Notes under the pieces: model-generated
What the model was told of the DNA's origin: nothing
Database searches by the model: none
Seen by the model: the letters and a program-made list of their open reading frames with translations, nothing else
Made by a program: the position numbers and the translations under genes
NCBI GenBank assembly: GCA_001761425.1
Contig: CP012986.1
Coordinates: 90,001-122,000, forward strand
Source of the DNA: Candidatus Saccharimonadota bacterium
GTDB lineage: Archaea > Nanohalarchaeota > Nanosalinia > Nanosalinales > Nanosalinaceae
DNA: 32,000 nucleotides
Direction of reading: 5' to 3'
Shown: positions 9,377 to 17,661 of the stretch, one piece after another
Layout: each line of letters starts with the position of its first letter
Numbering within the stretch: position 1 is the first letter of the stretch

Positions 9377-10135
9377 TCAGTAGGATACAACCTGATTTAG
9401 TGCTGGCTCCTCTTCAAAGTGATCGTAGAACTGTTCGCCTTCAAGATCCCATTTACCGACCCATTCCTCCTGTCCAGAAGGATCTCCTCTCGCGACACCC
9501 AGATACGCGTCATCGTCTTTCGCCATGATTCCGTGGTACTGGCCTGGATCGACCCTGAAGACTTCATCTTCAAAGGTATAGGTATCGAACCATTCAGGCC
9601 TTTCCTCCAGTAACGCATTTGGATCGTCTGAAGGTATACTTCTTGCCTCTTCATAGACTTCATCTGGATTGTCCGGCATGTTTTCGTTGCCTAGCACCAT
9701 TTCGAATTCTCCGACTCCAAAGTACCATTCAGGAACGTTGTGTACGTGAACTGTCTCCGGGTAGTCTCTGAGTTCGTCGGGAAAACGGGATTTGAGCTCC
9801 ACGTTCGAGAACTGAGCTTTTTCAAGGCCTGCGTTCGATCCGTTGGTGAAGAGAAATCCCCCTCCGTTCCTGTAATCTTCTGGAATGCGGGCGATCTCCT
9901 CGTTGAAGACTTCTCCGGGAAGAACTGCTGCGATACCTTCGATATATTGTGGGTCGTGAACTCTTGCGAACTCTCCAGGCCTTAGAGCTTCCTCCCTCCG
10001 CGCTCCTGTCACCTGTAAATCATCAAGGGCCAGGATCGCTGCTTCGTCCGGTACCTCTCCATTAAGCTTTTCACCAGAGAACTCCTCGAGAACCATCTCA
10101 TATGTGCTGTAGTCCTGATCACTGAAAGCAGACAT
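9377..10135 (-). CDS. Highly acidic hypothetical protein
   Basis: 252-aa ORF with coding-like composition and a good ATG. I recognise no confident family. The segment HVHNVPEWYFGVGEFEMVL is weakly cupin-like. Confidence 0.6.
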   Translation of the reverse strand: MSAFSDQDYSTYEMVLEEFSGEKLNGEVPDEAAILALDDLQVTGARREEALRPGEFARVHDPQYIEGIAAVLPGEVFNEEIARIPEDYRNGGGFLFTNGSNAGLEKAQFSNVELKSRFPDELRDYPETVHVHNVPEWYFGVGEFEMVLGNENMPDNPDEVYEEARSIPSDDPNALLEERPEWFDTYTFEDEVFRVDPGQYHGIMAKDDDAYLGVARGDPSGQEEWVGKWDLEGEQFYDHFEEEPALNQVVSY

Positions 10136-10218
10136 ATTTACCCGGTAACATATTACGATGTATTACTTTATTTAAAGGTTCGTCAGTTTTTATAAGGCCT
10201 GACAGAGATTTTTCTAGT
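10136..10218. promoter_or_regulatory. Divergent promoter spacer with two TATA-like boxes
   Basis: ctttatttaaagg at 10167-10178 serves the minus-strand gene starting at 10135. tttttataa at 10187-10195 lies about 28 bp upstream of the GTG at 10219. Confidence 0.35.
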
Positions 10219-10623
10219 GTGACGCAGAAATTCCTGAAATCAATGCTGGCGGAAGAATCGAGGGCCTACGGGTTCACGATAAGTTTCTGGGGATCAGGAG
10301 CAGTTCTCATCAATACATTTGGAATCCCGAACACTCCACTCGCCTTGATGTACGGCCTTGGAGCTGTAACAGGCTTCGGTATACTGGCCGTAAACAGTTT
10401 TGGAGGGGTCACGACCGAAGTACAGGAAGAAAAATCAAATTACATGGCTCTGGGAACCATACACTACCTGGCGTCGCTCCTGCCGATAATAATAGCAGGT
10501 TTTATTGCCCGTCACCTGAATGCTTCTTCAGCTTTCTTCATAGGAGGCCTCAGCGTTTCACTGCTTTACAATATCCTGGCCTTGCTTGAAGAAGATATCT
10601 CCGAGTTGCTTCACAGGGCTTGA
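10219..10623 (+). CDS. Small integral membrane protein, function unknown
   Basis: 134 aa with a GTG start and about 4 TM segments. I recognise no family. Confidence 0.55.
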   Translation: MTQKFLKSMLAEESRAYGFTISFWGSGAVLINTFGIPNTPLALMYGLGAVTGFGILAVNSFGGVTTEVQEEKSNYMALGTIHYLASLLPIIIAGFIARHLNASSAFFIGGLSVSLLYNILALLEEDISELLHRA

Positions 10624-10631
10624 AAAAGTTA

Positions 10632-11378
10632 TTAGCGAGTGTCTTTCCATTTTCCGCCGTAGATGTAGCCGGAAAGATTTCTGTCAGATGTTAGATGTTC
10701 GAATACTGTATCGAGGCCTTCGGCATCGAGTTGGGAGAATATCTCCGGTTCAAAGATGTATGTTCCTGCGTTGATCAGTCTGGAAGGTTCTGCTCCGGGA
10801 TCGGGTTTTTCCTCGAATCCTAGGATGGTTCTGCCTTTCAGTTTGACCACGCCGTACTCCGAAGGGTTCTCTACTGTGGTGAGGGCCATGGTCGCTATGT
10901 TTGCTTCATCTCTGTGTACTTTGAGCATGTCTTCTACGTCCACGTCTGTGAGGACGTTTCCGTTGACTGCGAGGAAGGTCTTGCCTATCCTTTCTCCGGT
11001 TTTGGATAAGGCCTTTGCTGTTCCCTGTGGCTCTGATTCTTCGAAGTATTCTATTGCTGCTCCGCGGTATGAGGAGCCGAAATGATTTTCTATCTCTTCC
11101 TGGTTGGAGCCTGAGAGAAGTATTATTCTGTCGATTTCCTCTCCTGTAAGGTGGTCAAGTACGTGGCTGAGAACCGGTTTTCCTTCATGGATCTCCATTG
11201 ACTGTCCTTGTTCACCGCCACAGAAGACGACTGCGGTGTCAAGGCCTTGAGAGGATAGGTAGTCCTGTACGATCTCCTCCATCATCTGGGAACGGTTCAG
11301 GTTCTTTCTTCCGGCTTCCGAGTCAACTTTGTCAAGAAGTTCCTCTTCAAGAGTAAGGGAGATCCTCTGCTTGGCCAT
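10632..11378 (-). CDS. Ribbon-helix-helix (CopG-like) domain fused to a sugar-phosphate nucleotidyltransferase-like domain
   Basis: The N-terminus KQRISLTLEEELLDKVDSEAGRKNLNRSQMMEEIVQDYL fits the RHH pattern. The rest resembles the G1P/M1P nucleotidyltransferase fold (GKPVLSHVLDHL, GTAKAL, EKPDPGAEPSRLINAGTYIFEPEIF). The N-terminal GxGxR loop reads GGEQGQSM, with no Arg. Confidence 0.8.
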   Translation of the reverse strand: MAKQRISLTLEEELLDKVDSEAGRKNLNRSQMMEEIVQDYLSSQGLDTAVVFCGGEQGQSMEIHEGKPVLSHVLDHLTGEEIDRIILLSGSNQEEIENHFGSSYRGAAIEYFEESEPQGTAKALSKTGERIGKTFLAVNGNVLTDVDVEDMLKVHRDEANIATMALTTVENPSEYGVVKLKGRTILGFEEKPDPGAEPSRLINAGTYIFEPEIFSQLDAEGLDTVFEHLTSDRNLSGYIYGGKWKDTR

Positions 11379-11454
11379 ATAGAATATTTATCACATCGAA
11401 CTTTTAATTTATGACCGTGGAAAAACACCGGTCGAGGCCTTAAAACTTCAAACT

Positions 11455-12171
11455 TCAGGTTTCCTTGGAGTTACCTTCAGTGGTGTTGTGTTCCGGAGGC
11501 CTGACATCTTCCTCTGTGACTTCCGAGCTGTAATTCTTTGCTTCAAGTGTGTAAATGTTTGATACCGATGATCCTCCGGAGTTCACTGGTTTAGCCAGGT
11601 CCATGGAGTTGTAGGCGACGTAGCCTTTCTCTTTGTCGAGGCAGAGGTCTACTATAGCTCCCGTGTTGATGACGGAGGAGTTTTCGAAATCTGATGGTGG
11701 AATGGCTATTTTGTAGAGTTTGCATTTTCTGTCGGCGTATTTCTTTTCCTTTACGTAGTTGACGGAGTATTTGTCTTTGGAGTATCCTGTTCCGTCAATG
11801 TACCTGTCAGGTGTGGCCTCTGTGATGTTGCATTCTGTCTGTGAGGTCTTGTTGTCGATATAGTTTGATTCCGTGCATTTGAGGGCCTGGCTTCCGTTCA
11901 TGCTGTAGAGAGATGTTGTTGTGTTGCCCTGGGCATAGATTGTTGTCCTGTCGAATCTTGTTTTTCCGTTTGAGGCGAAAAGCTCTGCGTCGTCCGATAC
12001 CTGTCCGAGAAGTGCTGTCCCCTCCATGCTGAAGTTGTATTTTACATTGTAAGTTGTTTCATCTGCTCTGGACGCCAGTTCAGCAAGCTCCTCAGAGTCA
12101 CCTGCGTTGGAATAGGTACATCCTGAAGTGATTACTGCCAGGAGGATCAGAACCGTTATCTTCGCCCTCAT
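11455..12171 (-). CDS. Secreted lipoprotein, sequon-rich (paralog of 12256..13308)
   Basis: Signal peptide plus lipobox (LLAVITSGC). It has at least 8 N-x-S/T sequons. The block DRKCKLYKI...DLCLDKEKGYVAYNS is shared with the neighbouring gene. Confidence 0.7.
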   Translation of the reverse strand: MRAKITVLILLAVITSGCTYSNAGDSEELAELASRADETTYNVKYNFSMEGTALLGQVSDDAELFASNGKTRFDRTTIYAQGNTTTSLYSMNGSQALKCTESNYIDNKTSQTECNITEATPDRYIDGTGYSKDKYSVNYVKEKKYADRKCKLYKIAIPPSDFENSSVINTGAIVDLCLDKEKGYVAYNSMDLAKPVNSGGSSVSNIYTLEAKNYSSEVTEEDVRPPEHNTTEGNSKET

Positions 12172-12255
12172 ATAGTTTTAGTTGACCTGTGTCCCATAAA
12201 AATGCTTTATCGAAGGGAAAAAGGAAAGAGAAAAATGAAGGGTAAAGAGAAGGGA

Positions 12256-13308
12256 TCAGTAGCTGTAGTTGTAGTCCGTATCGTAATTGCTGGTGTAGTT
12301 ATAATCGTAGTCGTAGTCAGTCTCGTAATCTGTACTGTAATCGTAGCACGAGGCTGTCGTCGTTTCACTTTCTGTAGATACTTCGACTTCGTTTGAACCG
12401 TATACCAGGTTATCCGAGTTCAGTTCAACGCTGATCTGCGAGTCACTTCCGATCTGTCTTGTCACGTTTTCCTCCTCATTAAACGAAACCTGAACCTCTC
12501 CGCTGTAACCGAAAGAGGTGACATTGACCATAGGATCACAGCTCATGCTAGCACTGATATCGACAGGGACCTCCATATTGACTCCCTCGAAATCAGTATC
12601 ATGTGCCGTCGCCTTCACACTGACAAGCTCCTTCATACCGCCCTCGCGGAGTTCGGAGCTCTGATTGGTCTTGGCATTCAGAAGAGCAGGGTAGCCCTTC
12701 TGGTTATCAAGACAGATATTGATCTGGCTGTCACTGTACTCAGAGATGGTCGAAGACTGAGGAACATCAGTATCCTCAAGAGTCTCATTCACATCACCAG
12801 ACGGCTTGAACCGGTAATTCGTACACTCACGGTCCGCAACCGTCTCTGTACCTGTAACAGTCATGTTGAACTCGTCAAGACCTTCCTCTAAGTCATCCTG
12901 ATTTGTGTAACCAGTATTCACTGCATCACAGCTGATCTCGGACTCGGAGGATGAAGTACCTGGGACTGAACCTCCCATAAGGCCTCCTAAGATCGATCCC
13001 TGGGTACATAGAGCCGACCTGTTCCCTTCAAGGAAGTTATAGGCAGCTGCTGTTACGCCAGAGACATCTACAACAAACTTGGACTGATCTCCCTTCTTGT
13101 AGATCTCAGGCTCATTAATCATGCCCGAGACAATATCACCGTAGCCTCCGATATTCGTCTCTACCTCATAAGTGACGTGGAAATCCGAACTCTGCATATC
13201 ACTTATCTGGGATTTGAACTGCTGTTCCGGACTCATATTACCTGTCAGAGCGGAACAACCAGAAGCTGCCACAGCGATAGAAACCAGTAAAACCAAGCTT
13301 AATCTCAT
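12256..13308 (-). CDS. Secreted lipoprotein with a C-terminal Asp/Tyr-rich low-complexity tail
   Basis: Signal peptide plus lipobox (SIAVAASGC). The block DRECTNYRF...NICLDNQKGYPALLNA is shared with 11455..12171. The C-terminal tail is CYDYSTDYETDYDYDYNYTSNYDTDYNYSY. Confidence 0.7.
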   Translation of the reverse strand: MRLSLVLLVSIAVAASGCSALTGNMSPEQQFKSQISDMQSSDFHVTYEVETNIGGYGDIVSGMINEPEIYKKGDQSKFVVDVSGVTAAAYNFLEGNRSALCTQGSILGGLMGGSVPGTSSSESEISCDAVNTGYTNQDDLEEGLDEFNMTVTGTETVADRECTNYRFKPSGDVNETLEDTDVPQSSTISEYSDSQINICLDNQKGYPALLNAKTNQSSELREGGMKELVSVKATAHDTDFEGVNMEVPVDISASMSCDPMVNVTSFGYSGEVQVSFNEEENVTRQIGSDSQISVELNSDNLVYGSNEVEVSTESETTTASCYDYSTDYETDYDYDYNYTSNYDTDYNYSY

Positions 13309-13397
13309 TAAGGCCTAATTCTCCTGTAGAAGATTTAAAACCTTTCCAGGAGGTAACCCCCGAAGGCCTTAAACAGTTACGAGACCATAAAAACTCC

Positions 13398-14297
13398 ATG
13401 AAAGCAGCAGTCACAGGCGGAGCAGGATTCATCGGATCAAGACTCGTAGAACAGCTACTCAAAGAACACGAAGTAAAGATAATAGATAACCTCTCATCAG
13501 GCCTTGAAGAAAACATGCCGGAAGAAGCAGAGTTCATACAGCATGACATCAAGGAAAAAGGCCTAGAATCAGAACTTGAGGACGTAGACGTTGTTTTCCA
13601 TTTTGCAGCGAACCCTAAAGTAAATACTTTCCCAGGTGACAGGGAAAAGGACTTTGATGAGAATCTTGTCGGTACGAAGAACGTTCTGGAGGCCTGTGAA
13701 CACGCAGATGTAGATGATGTAGTGTTTGCTTCTTCTTCCGTAGTTTATGGAGAAGAAGCGGAGATCCCGACCCCTGAGAACGCTAACATGGATCCTATCT
13801 CAATGTACGGGGCGACGAAGTGTGGAGACGAGCACATGTGTGAAGTCTACCAGCAGATCTTCGACATCGATATGACTATCGTTAGATTGGCGAACATTGT
13901 CGGAGGGCGGAACCAGAAAGGAGTTATCTACGATTTCATCCACAAGCTGGAGGATAATCCTGAGAAGCTGACGATTCTGGGGAACGGCAGGCAGAGAAAA
14001 TCTTACTTACACGTCGAGGATACTGTTAACGGAATCCTGAAGGCCTGGGAAAGCGATAAAACAACTTTCAACATCGGGTCAGAGGACTCCATCGATGTCG
14101 ATGGGATCGCAGACATTGTCGCGGACGAACTAGGCCTTGAACCAGAATACAAATACACAGGCGGAGAAAAAGGTTGGGACGGCGACGTACCCGAGATGCG
14201 CCTAAGTATCGAGAAGCTAAGATCCGAGGGCTGGAAGCCAGAGAGAAACTCGGCTGAATCTGTCAGAAAAACGGTCCAGGAACTGCTCGAAACTTAG
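13398..14297 (+). CDS. NAD-dependent sugar epimerase/dehydratase (extended SDR, UDP-glucose-4-epimerase-like)
   Basis: VTGGAGFIGSRLV Rossmann motif, ASSSVVYG, and the YGATK catalytic motif. Length 299 aa. Confidence 0.85.
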   Translation: MKAAVTGGAGFIGSRLVEQLLKEHEVKIIDNLSSGLEENMPEEAEFIQHDIKEKGLESELEDVDVVFHFAANPKVNTFPGDREKDFDENLVGTKNVLEACEHADVDDVVFASSSVVYGEEAEIPTPENANMDPISMYGATKCGDEHMCEVYQQIFDIDMTIVRLANIVGGRNQKGVIYDFIHKLEDNPEKLTILGNGRQRKSYLHVEDTVNGILKAWESDKTTFNIGSEDSIDVDGIADIVADELGLEPEYKYTGGEKGWDGDVPEMRLSIEKLRSEGWKPERNSAESVRKTVQELLET

Positions 14298-14309
14298 AGG
14301 CCTCAGAAG

Positions 14310-15107
14310 ATGATAGACGGAGAGGAAATCGCGGAAGAACTCCTTTCAGAGCTTGAAAAAGTCGATGCCTCTCCGAAGCTCAGGATAATTCTTGTCGGGG
14401 AGAATCAAGCTTCAAAGACCTTTGTAGACGAGAAAATCGAGGCAGCGGAGAGAATAGGTTTCCGGGCAGAAGTAGAGAAATTTCATGAAAATATAGAGGA
14501 ACAAGAAGTGATTGAAGAGGTAAAGGCCGGGAACAAGGCCTCAGACGTTCACGGTATTTTGGTACAGCTTCCTCTCCCGGAACAGATAAGTGAAGAAAGG
14601 GTTTTTGAAGCCCTGAAAACTTTGAAAGATGTGGACGGATTGACACCTAAAAACATGGGAAAAACACTGAGAGGAGAACCCGAAATCCTGCCAGGTGCTG
14701 TAGAAGCTGTCGAGAAGATTCTGGAACAGGAACTGGGTAGTCTTGAAAGCCTTGAAGTCACGGTAATCAATAACTCTAACCTGATAGGGAGGCCTCTATC
14801 CATGGTGCTGAGCGAGAGAGGGGCGACCGTAACTTTATGCAACAGGAAAACTGAAGACCTGGAAAAACACACAGAGAAAGCCGATGCAGTGGTGACAGCT
14901 ACCGGACAGAGAGGTGTTTTAAGGCCTGAAATGGTGAGAGAAGGTACTATCGTGATCGATGCCGGTTACAGCCTGGGAAAAGGAGATATAGAGGATAAAG
15001 AAAAGATGGACCGGAAAACAAGCTTTTGCGGAGTTCCAGGCGGTGCCGGGCCTCTAACCGTCGCAGTCACGATGAAAAATCTTTTGAACTGCTACAGAAA
15101 TCAGTGA
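14310..15107 (+). CDS. folD: Bifunctional methylenetetrahydrofolate dehydrogenase/cyclohydrolase FolD
   Basis: ILVGENQASKTFV, GILVQLPLP, DVDGLTPKN, NNSNLIGRPLSMVL...TVTLCNRKT, and GVPGGAGPLTVAVTMKNLL. Confidence 0.9.
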   Translation: MIDGEEIAEELLSELEKVDASPKLRIILVGENQASKTFVDEKIEAAERIGFRAEVEKFHENIEEQEVIEEVKAGNKASDVHGILVQLPLPEQISEERVFEALKTLKDVDGLTPKNMGKTLRGEPEILPGAVEAVEKILEQELGSLESLEVTVINNSNLIGRPLSMVLSERGATVTLCNRKTEDLEKHTEKADAVVTATGQRGVLRPEMVREGTIVIDAGYSLGKGDIEDKEKMDRKTSFCGVPGGAGPLTVAVTMKNLLNCYRNQ

Positions 15108-15778
15108 TCCAGCTCTTCTTCCGGAGTAATATCTATACCAACGAAAAACCTCTGACCATCCTCCTCAAAGTATGCAAGGCCTTCATCCGTGTAACTTAAC
15201 GCCTTCAGCTTGTCAATGACTTCCTCGACTTTTTTCTCCTCTCTCATCTCTAACTCTGAGAACTCGTCCAGTTCCTTCCTGTAATGAGTTGTGCCCATGT
15301 TCTCTATCTGCTCGTTTGCTTTAGGTCCTTCTCTGATCCTCTCCCAGTTCTCCTTGAAAAGTTCAACCTGTTTTTCCATCAACCGTTTCCTGAGGCTCTT
15401 CGACGTATCCTCAGTAGAAGTTCCGACTTTTTCCTTTGCGATTACAGGGCCTTCATCGATCTCCTCCGTCATAAAATGAATGGAGACTCCTGGGGGCGTT
15501 CCGTCAACCAACGGCCAGATATACGGGTGTGAGCCGCGGTTGTACGGCAGATACGACGGATGAAGGTTAACTATGCCTTTCTCCGGAACATCTATTATCT
15601 CCCCTGGAACCTTATGCCTGAAGCCCGACGAAACTACAATATCCGGCTCAAGCTCTTTGATAAGCGAAAGCTGATCCTTCTCAGTCAACAGAGCAAGAAT
15701 TTCAACGTCCTCCCTCTCGTTCAGCCATTCGTAAACCTCTTCACCGGCATCGTTCATCCCCAGGAAAACCGCTTCCAT
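15101..15778 (-). CDS. Formyltransferase (Fmt/ArnA-N-like; probable sugar N-formyltransferase)
   Basis: NLHPSYLPYNRGSHPYIWPLVDGTPPGVSIHFMTEEIDEGPVIA matches the formyl_trans_N catalytic core (N..H...D). The ORF is trimmed from the TTG at 15805 to the ATG at 15778 (MEAVFLGMNDAG). Confidence 0.8.
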   Translation of the reverse strand: MEAVFLGMNDAGEEVYEWLNEREDVEILALLTEKDQLSLIKELEPDIVVSSGFRHKVPGEIIDVPEKGIVNLHPSYLPYNRGSHPYIWPLVDGTPPGVSIHFMTEEIDEGPVIAKEKVGTSTEDTSKSLRKRLMEKQVELFKENWERIREGPKANEQIENMGTTHYRKELDEFSELEMREEKKVEEVIDKLKALSYTDEGLAYFEEDGQRFFVGIDITPEEELDH

Positions 15779-15818
15779 AGAACAAAAAAAGGCCTCAACA
15801 TTCAATTAACTAACGGCC

Positions 15819-15864
15819 AGAAAAAGTCAAAAAGAGAGAAAAATTTAAGGCCTTTACAGGGCCT
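15819..15864 (-). terminator. Hairpin plus oligo-U tract downstream of the CysD-like gene
   Basis: The minus-strand RNA would read AGGCC-cuguaaa-GGCCU followed by UAAAUUUUUCUCUCUUUUUGACUUUUUCU. Archaeal termination typically uses oligo-T tracts. Confidence 0.35.
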
Positions 15865-15870
15865 GAAACG

Positions 15871-16788
15871 TCACATATAGCCTAAGCGCCTCAATTTATC
15901 CATAATTTCTTTGTCGTCTTTGTTCTGGGCTCTTCCTGCACGTTCCTTTGTGTTCTCGACGTCCTGTAGCCAAGCTGGCTTATCTTCGCTCTTGTCTGTG
16001 GATACTTCGGAACCTAAAGAGCGGAATCCTGCCCAGTACTTCGGTGAGATAGGCACGTCTTCCTTGGAAAGGCCTTCCGGCAGATCTTCTTCCGTTTCCG
16101 GGTATGAGTTGATGTCGATTCCTGTGATGTCCGGTGTCATGTGGAACCATGAGACGTCCCAGACGTCTCTTTCGTCTAGCTGGAGTATTGGGTGGACTCT
16201 AATGTGTTCTGGTTCGTCACGAGGAGAGTAGAAGTCTTCGTCTCCCCTGCTTTCGTGTTCGTCCCAGCGAACTCCGTTGATGACAGCGTTGATACCTTCT
16301 TCCTCCAGTAGGGAGTTCATCGGCACAGTCTTCAGAAGATGGTTTCCTGCTTCTGTGTCCATCAGCCACGGAACTTCGTCCATATCTTCGTCGATCCTCG
16401 CTGCTTCTTCCTGATTGGTATCGTTAAGCTCTGCGACAGGAACCATTTCACCCGGTTCATCTGCTTTCTCAATCAAGTCTTCGTTCTTCGCCGTCAGAAC
16501 CTCGAATCCCCAGTCATCGGCCAGTCTCTCGACGTAGTCTTCTAGTTCGTCGAAGTGTTGTCCGTGGTCTACAAACATGAACCTTGGTTTATCGAGGCCT
16601 TCTCTTTCACAGACTCTCTTGACGAGCCATGCTGTAAGAGTGGAGTCTTTTCCCCCTGTGAAACCTATGACTGTATTCTCTGAATCGTATTCTTCAAGTG
16701 CTCTTTTGACAACTTCTTCTCCTGCTCTGATTTTGGCTTTTATAGGCGCGTTCTCAATTTCTTCACGTGTAACTGGTGCTTCTGGCAT
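15871..16788 (-). CDS. PP-loop ATP pyrophosphatase of the PAPS-reductase/CysD family, most like sulfate adenylyltransferase subunit 2
   Basis: PP-loop GFTGGKDS. GVRWDEHESRGDEDFYSPRD, IRVHPILQLDERDVWD, FRSLG and the C-terminus ERAGRAQNKDDKEIMDKLRRLGYM parallel E. coli CysD as I recall it (GGARRDEEKSR...FRD, FRTLG, ERQGR...MELKKRQGYF). There is no CysH-type C-terminal ECGLH cysteine motif. Confidence 0.8.
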   Translation of the reverse strand: MPEAPVTREEIENAPIKAKIRAGEEVVKRALEEYDSENTVIGFTGGKDSTLTAWLVKRVCEREGLDKPRFMFVDHGQHFDELEDYVERLADDWGFEVLTAKNEDLIEKADEPGEMVPVAELNDTNQEEAARIDEDMDEVPWLMDTEAGNHLLKTVPMNSLLEEEGINAVINGVRWDEHESRGDEDFYSPRDEPEHIRVHPILQLDERDVWDVSWFHMTPDITGIDINSYPETEEDLPEGLSKEDVPISPKYWAGFRSLGSEVSTDKSEDKPAWLQDVENTKERAGRAQNKDDKEIMDKLRRLGYM

Positions 16789-16861
16789 AATAAATCACAG
16801 TAAAATAGTCATCAAGGGCTATCAACCCCGTAATGACTTGAAAATCGAAGATTTTCCGGTC

Positions 16862-17641
16862 TCAGGAAAACTCACCTGAGTTTTCAAAATGACTTAGGAT
16901 AGCTTTTCCGACATCCTCCGGCTGATCAATACTGGAGTCAACGTTCTTCGTGATGAGAACCGCTTCTTCATGATGATCGCCCTCTAAAGCTCCGTGAGGC
17001 GTCTCCTCCGGCAAAGTCTGTACACGGCCTTCTCCGAACTCTGCGAACCCGTGGTCAGAAAGGACTATGAGCGGTTCATCCGAGTCGAAATCATAGTATT
17101 CGAGAAGTTCGCTAAGGACTTCATCCATCTTTTTGTACCATTCAAGGATCAGTTCTTTGTCGTTCCAGTAGAAATGGCTTACCCTGTCCAGTTGCATGAA
17201 TACTACCGCAAAAAACTCTGGATCTTCTTCAAGAACTTCTTTTGATTTCTCCACCAGTTTTTTCCTGTCCGCCTCCAGTTCCTCCAGGTCGGAAGATACT
17301 CCGAAACCTTCCGGCTCGTATTCTTTATTGTAGTTTATCGGAGGGATGACAGCCGGGACCTGGAGAACTTTCGAATCAACATCTAATTCTTCCCAGACAA
17401 AAGTTCCATCAATATCCTCACGCTTCTGAAGCTCATCATCCATCACAAAGTCCATATGACCATGTTCCTCCTGCCTAAGGCCTGTAAAGATAGAGGTCCA
17501 TAGAGGCGCGCTTTTTGGCGTCTCCTCAACAGTAATAGTCTGGTACTCGCATTCCTCCATCAGACGGTCAAAGTTAGGAAGTTCGTCTCTATGAGGTTTT
17601 ATCATATCCCATGTAGCTGCGTCTATTCCAATTACCTTCAT
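16862..17641 (-). CDS. Alkaline-phosphatase-superfamily protein (type I phosphodiesterase/nucleotide pyrophosphatase-like)
   Basis: MKVIGIDAATWDMI (metal Asp), TPKSAPLWTSIFTGLRQEEHGH, and LIVLSDHGFAE...GDHH. The ORF is trimmed to the ATG at 17641. Confidence 0.75.
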   Translation of the reverse strand: MKVIGIDAATWDMIKPHRDELPNFDRLMEECEYQTITVEETPKSAPLWTSIFTGLRQEEHGHMDFVMDDELQKREDIDGTFVWEELDVDSKVLQVPAVIPPINYNKEYEPEGFGVSSDLEELEADRKKLVEKSKEVLEEDPEFFAVVFMQLDRVSHFYWNDKELILEWYKKMDEVLSELLEYYDFDSDEPLIVLSDHGFAEFGEGRVQTLPEETPHGALEGDHHEEAVLITKNVDSSIDQPEDVGKAILSHFENSGEFS

Positions 17642-17661
17642 TTTTCTATTGTCACCTAGTA

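Noticed and set aside
12202-12396. A 64-aa Val-rich plus-strand ORF.
   Set aside because: It is antisense to the Asp/Tyr-repeat tail of the lipoprotein gene. GTA/GTC repeats read as Val on the opposite strand, so this is a compositional artefact.
13311-13369. Two AGGCCT copies 53 bp apart with a ctcctg/caggag inverted repeat in the 13309-13397 spacer, as a specific regulatory element.
   Set aside because: The stem is only 6 bp with a loop of more than 20 nt. AGGCCT is so frequent window-wide that a pair in one spacer is unremarkable.
13238-13552. A 104-aa minus-strand ORF spanning the 13309-13397 spacer.
   Set aside because: It overlaps the 5' ends of two well-supported divergent genes and their promoter spacer, and has no family features.
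15101-15778. Annotating the formyltransferase as PurN (GAR transformylase).
   Set aside because: The N-terminal region lacks the PurN-type GxGSN loop and looks Fmt/ArnA-like, and the gene sits in a sugar-modification context. PurN cannot be excluded without a phylogeny.
15871-16788. Calling this a bona fide PAPS/APS reductase (CysH) that supplies sulfite to the sulfoquinovose synthase.
   Set aside because: The C-terminal redox-active cysteine motif (ECGLH-type) is absent. The C-terminal third aligns better by eye with CysD. I kept it as a PP-loop CysD/PAPS-reductase-family protein with its exact activity open.
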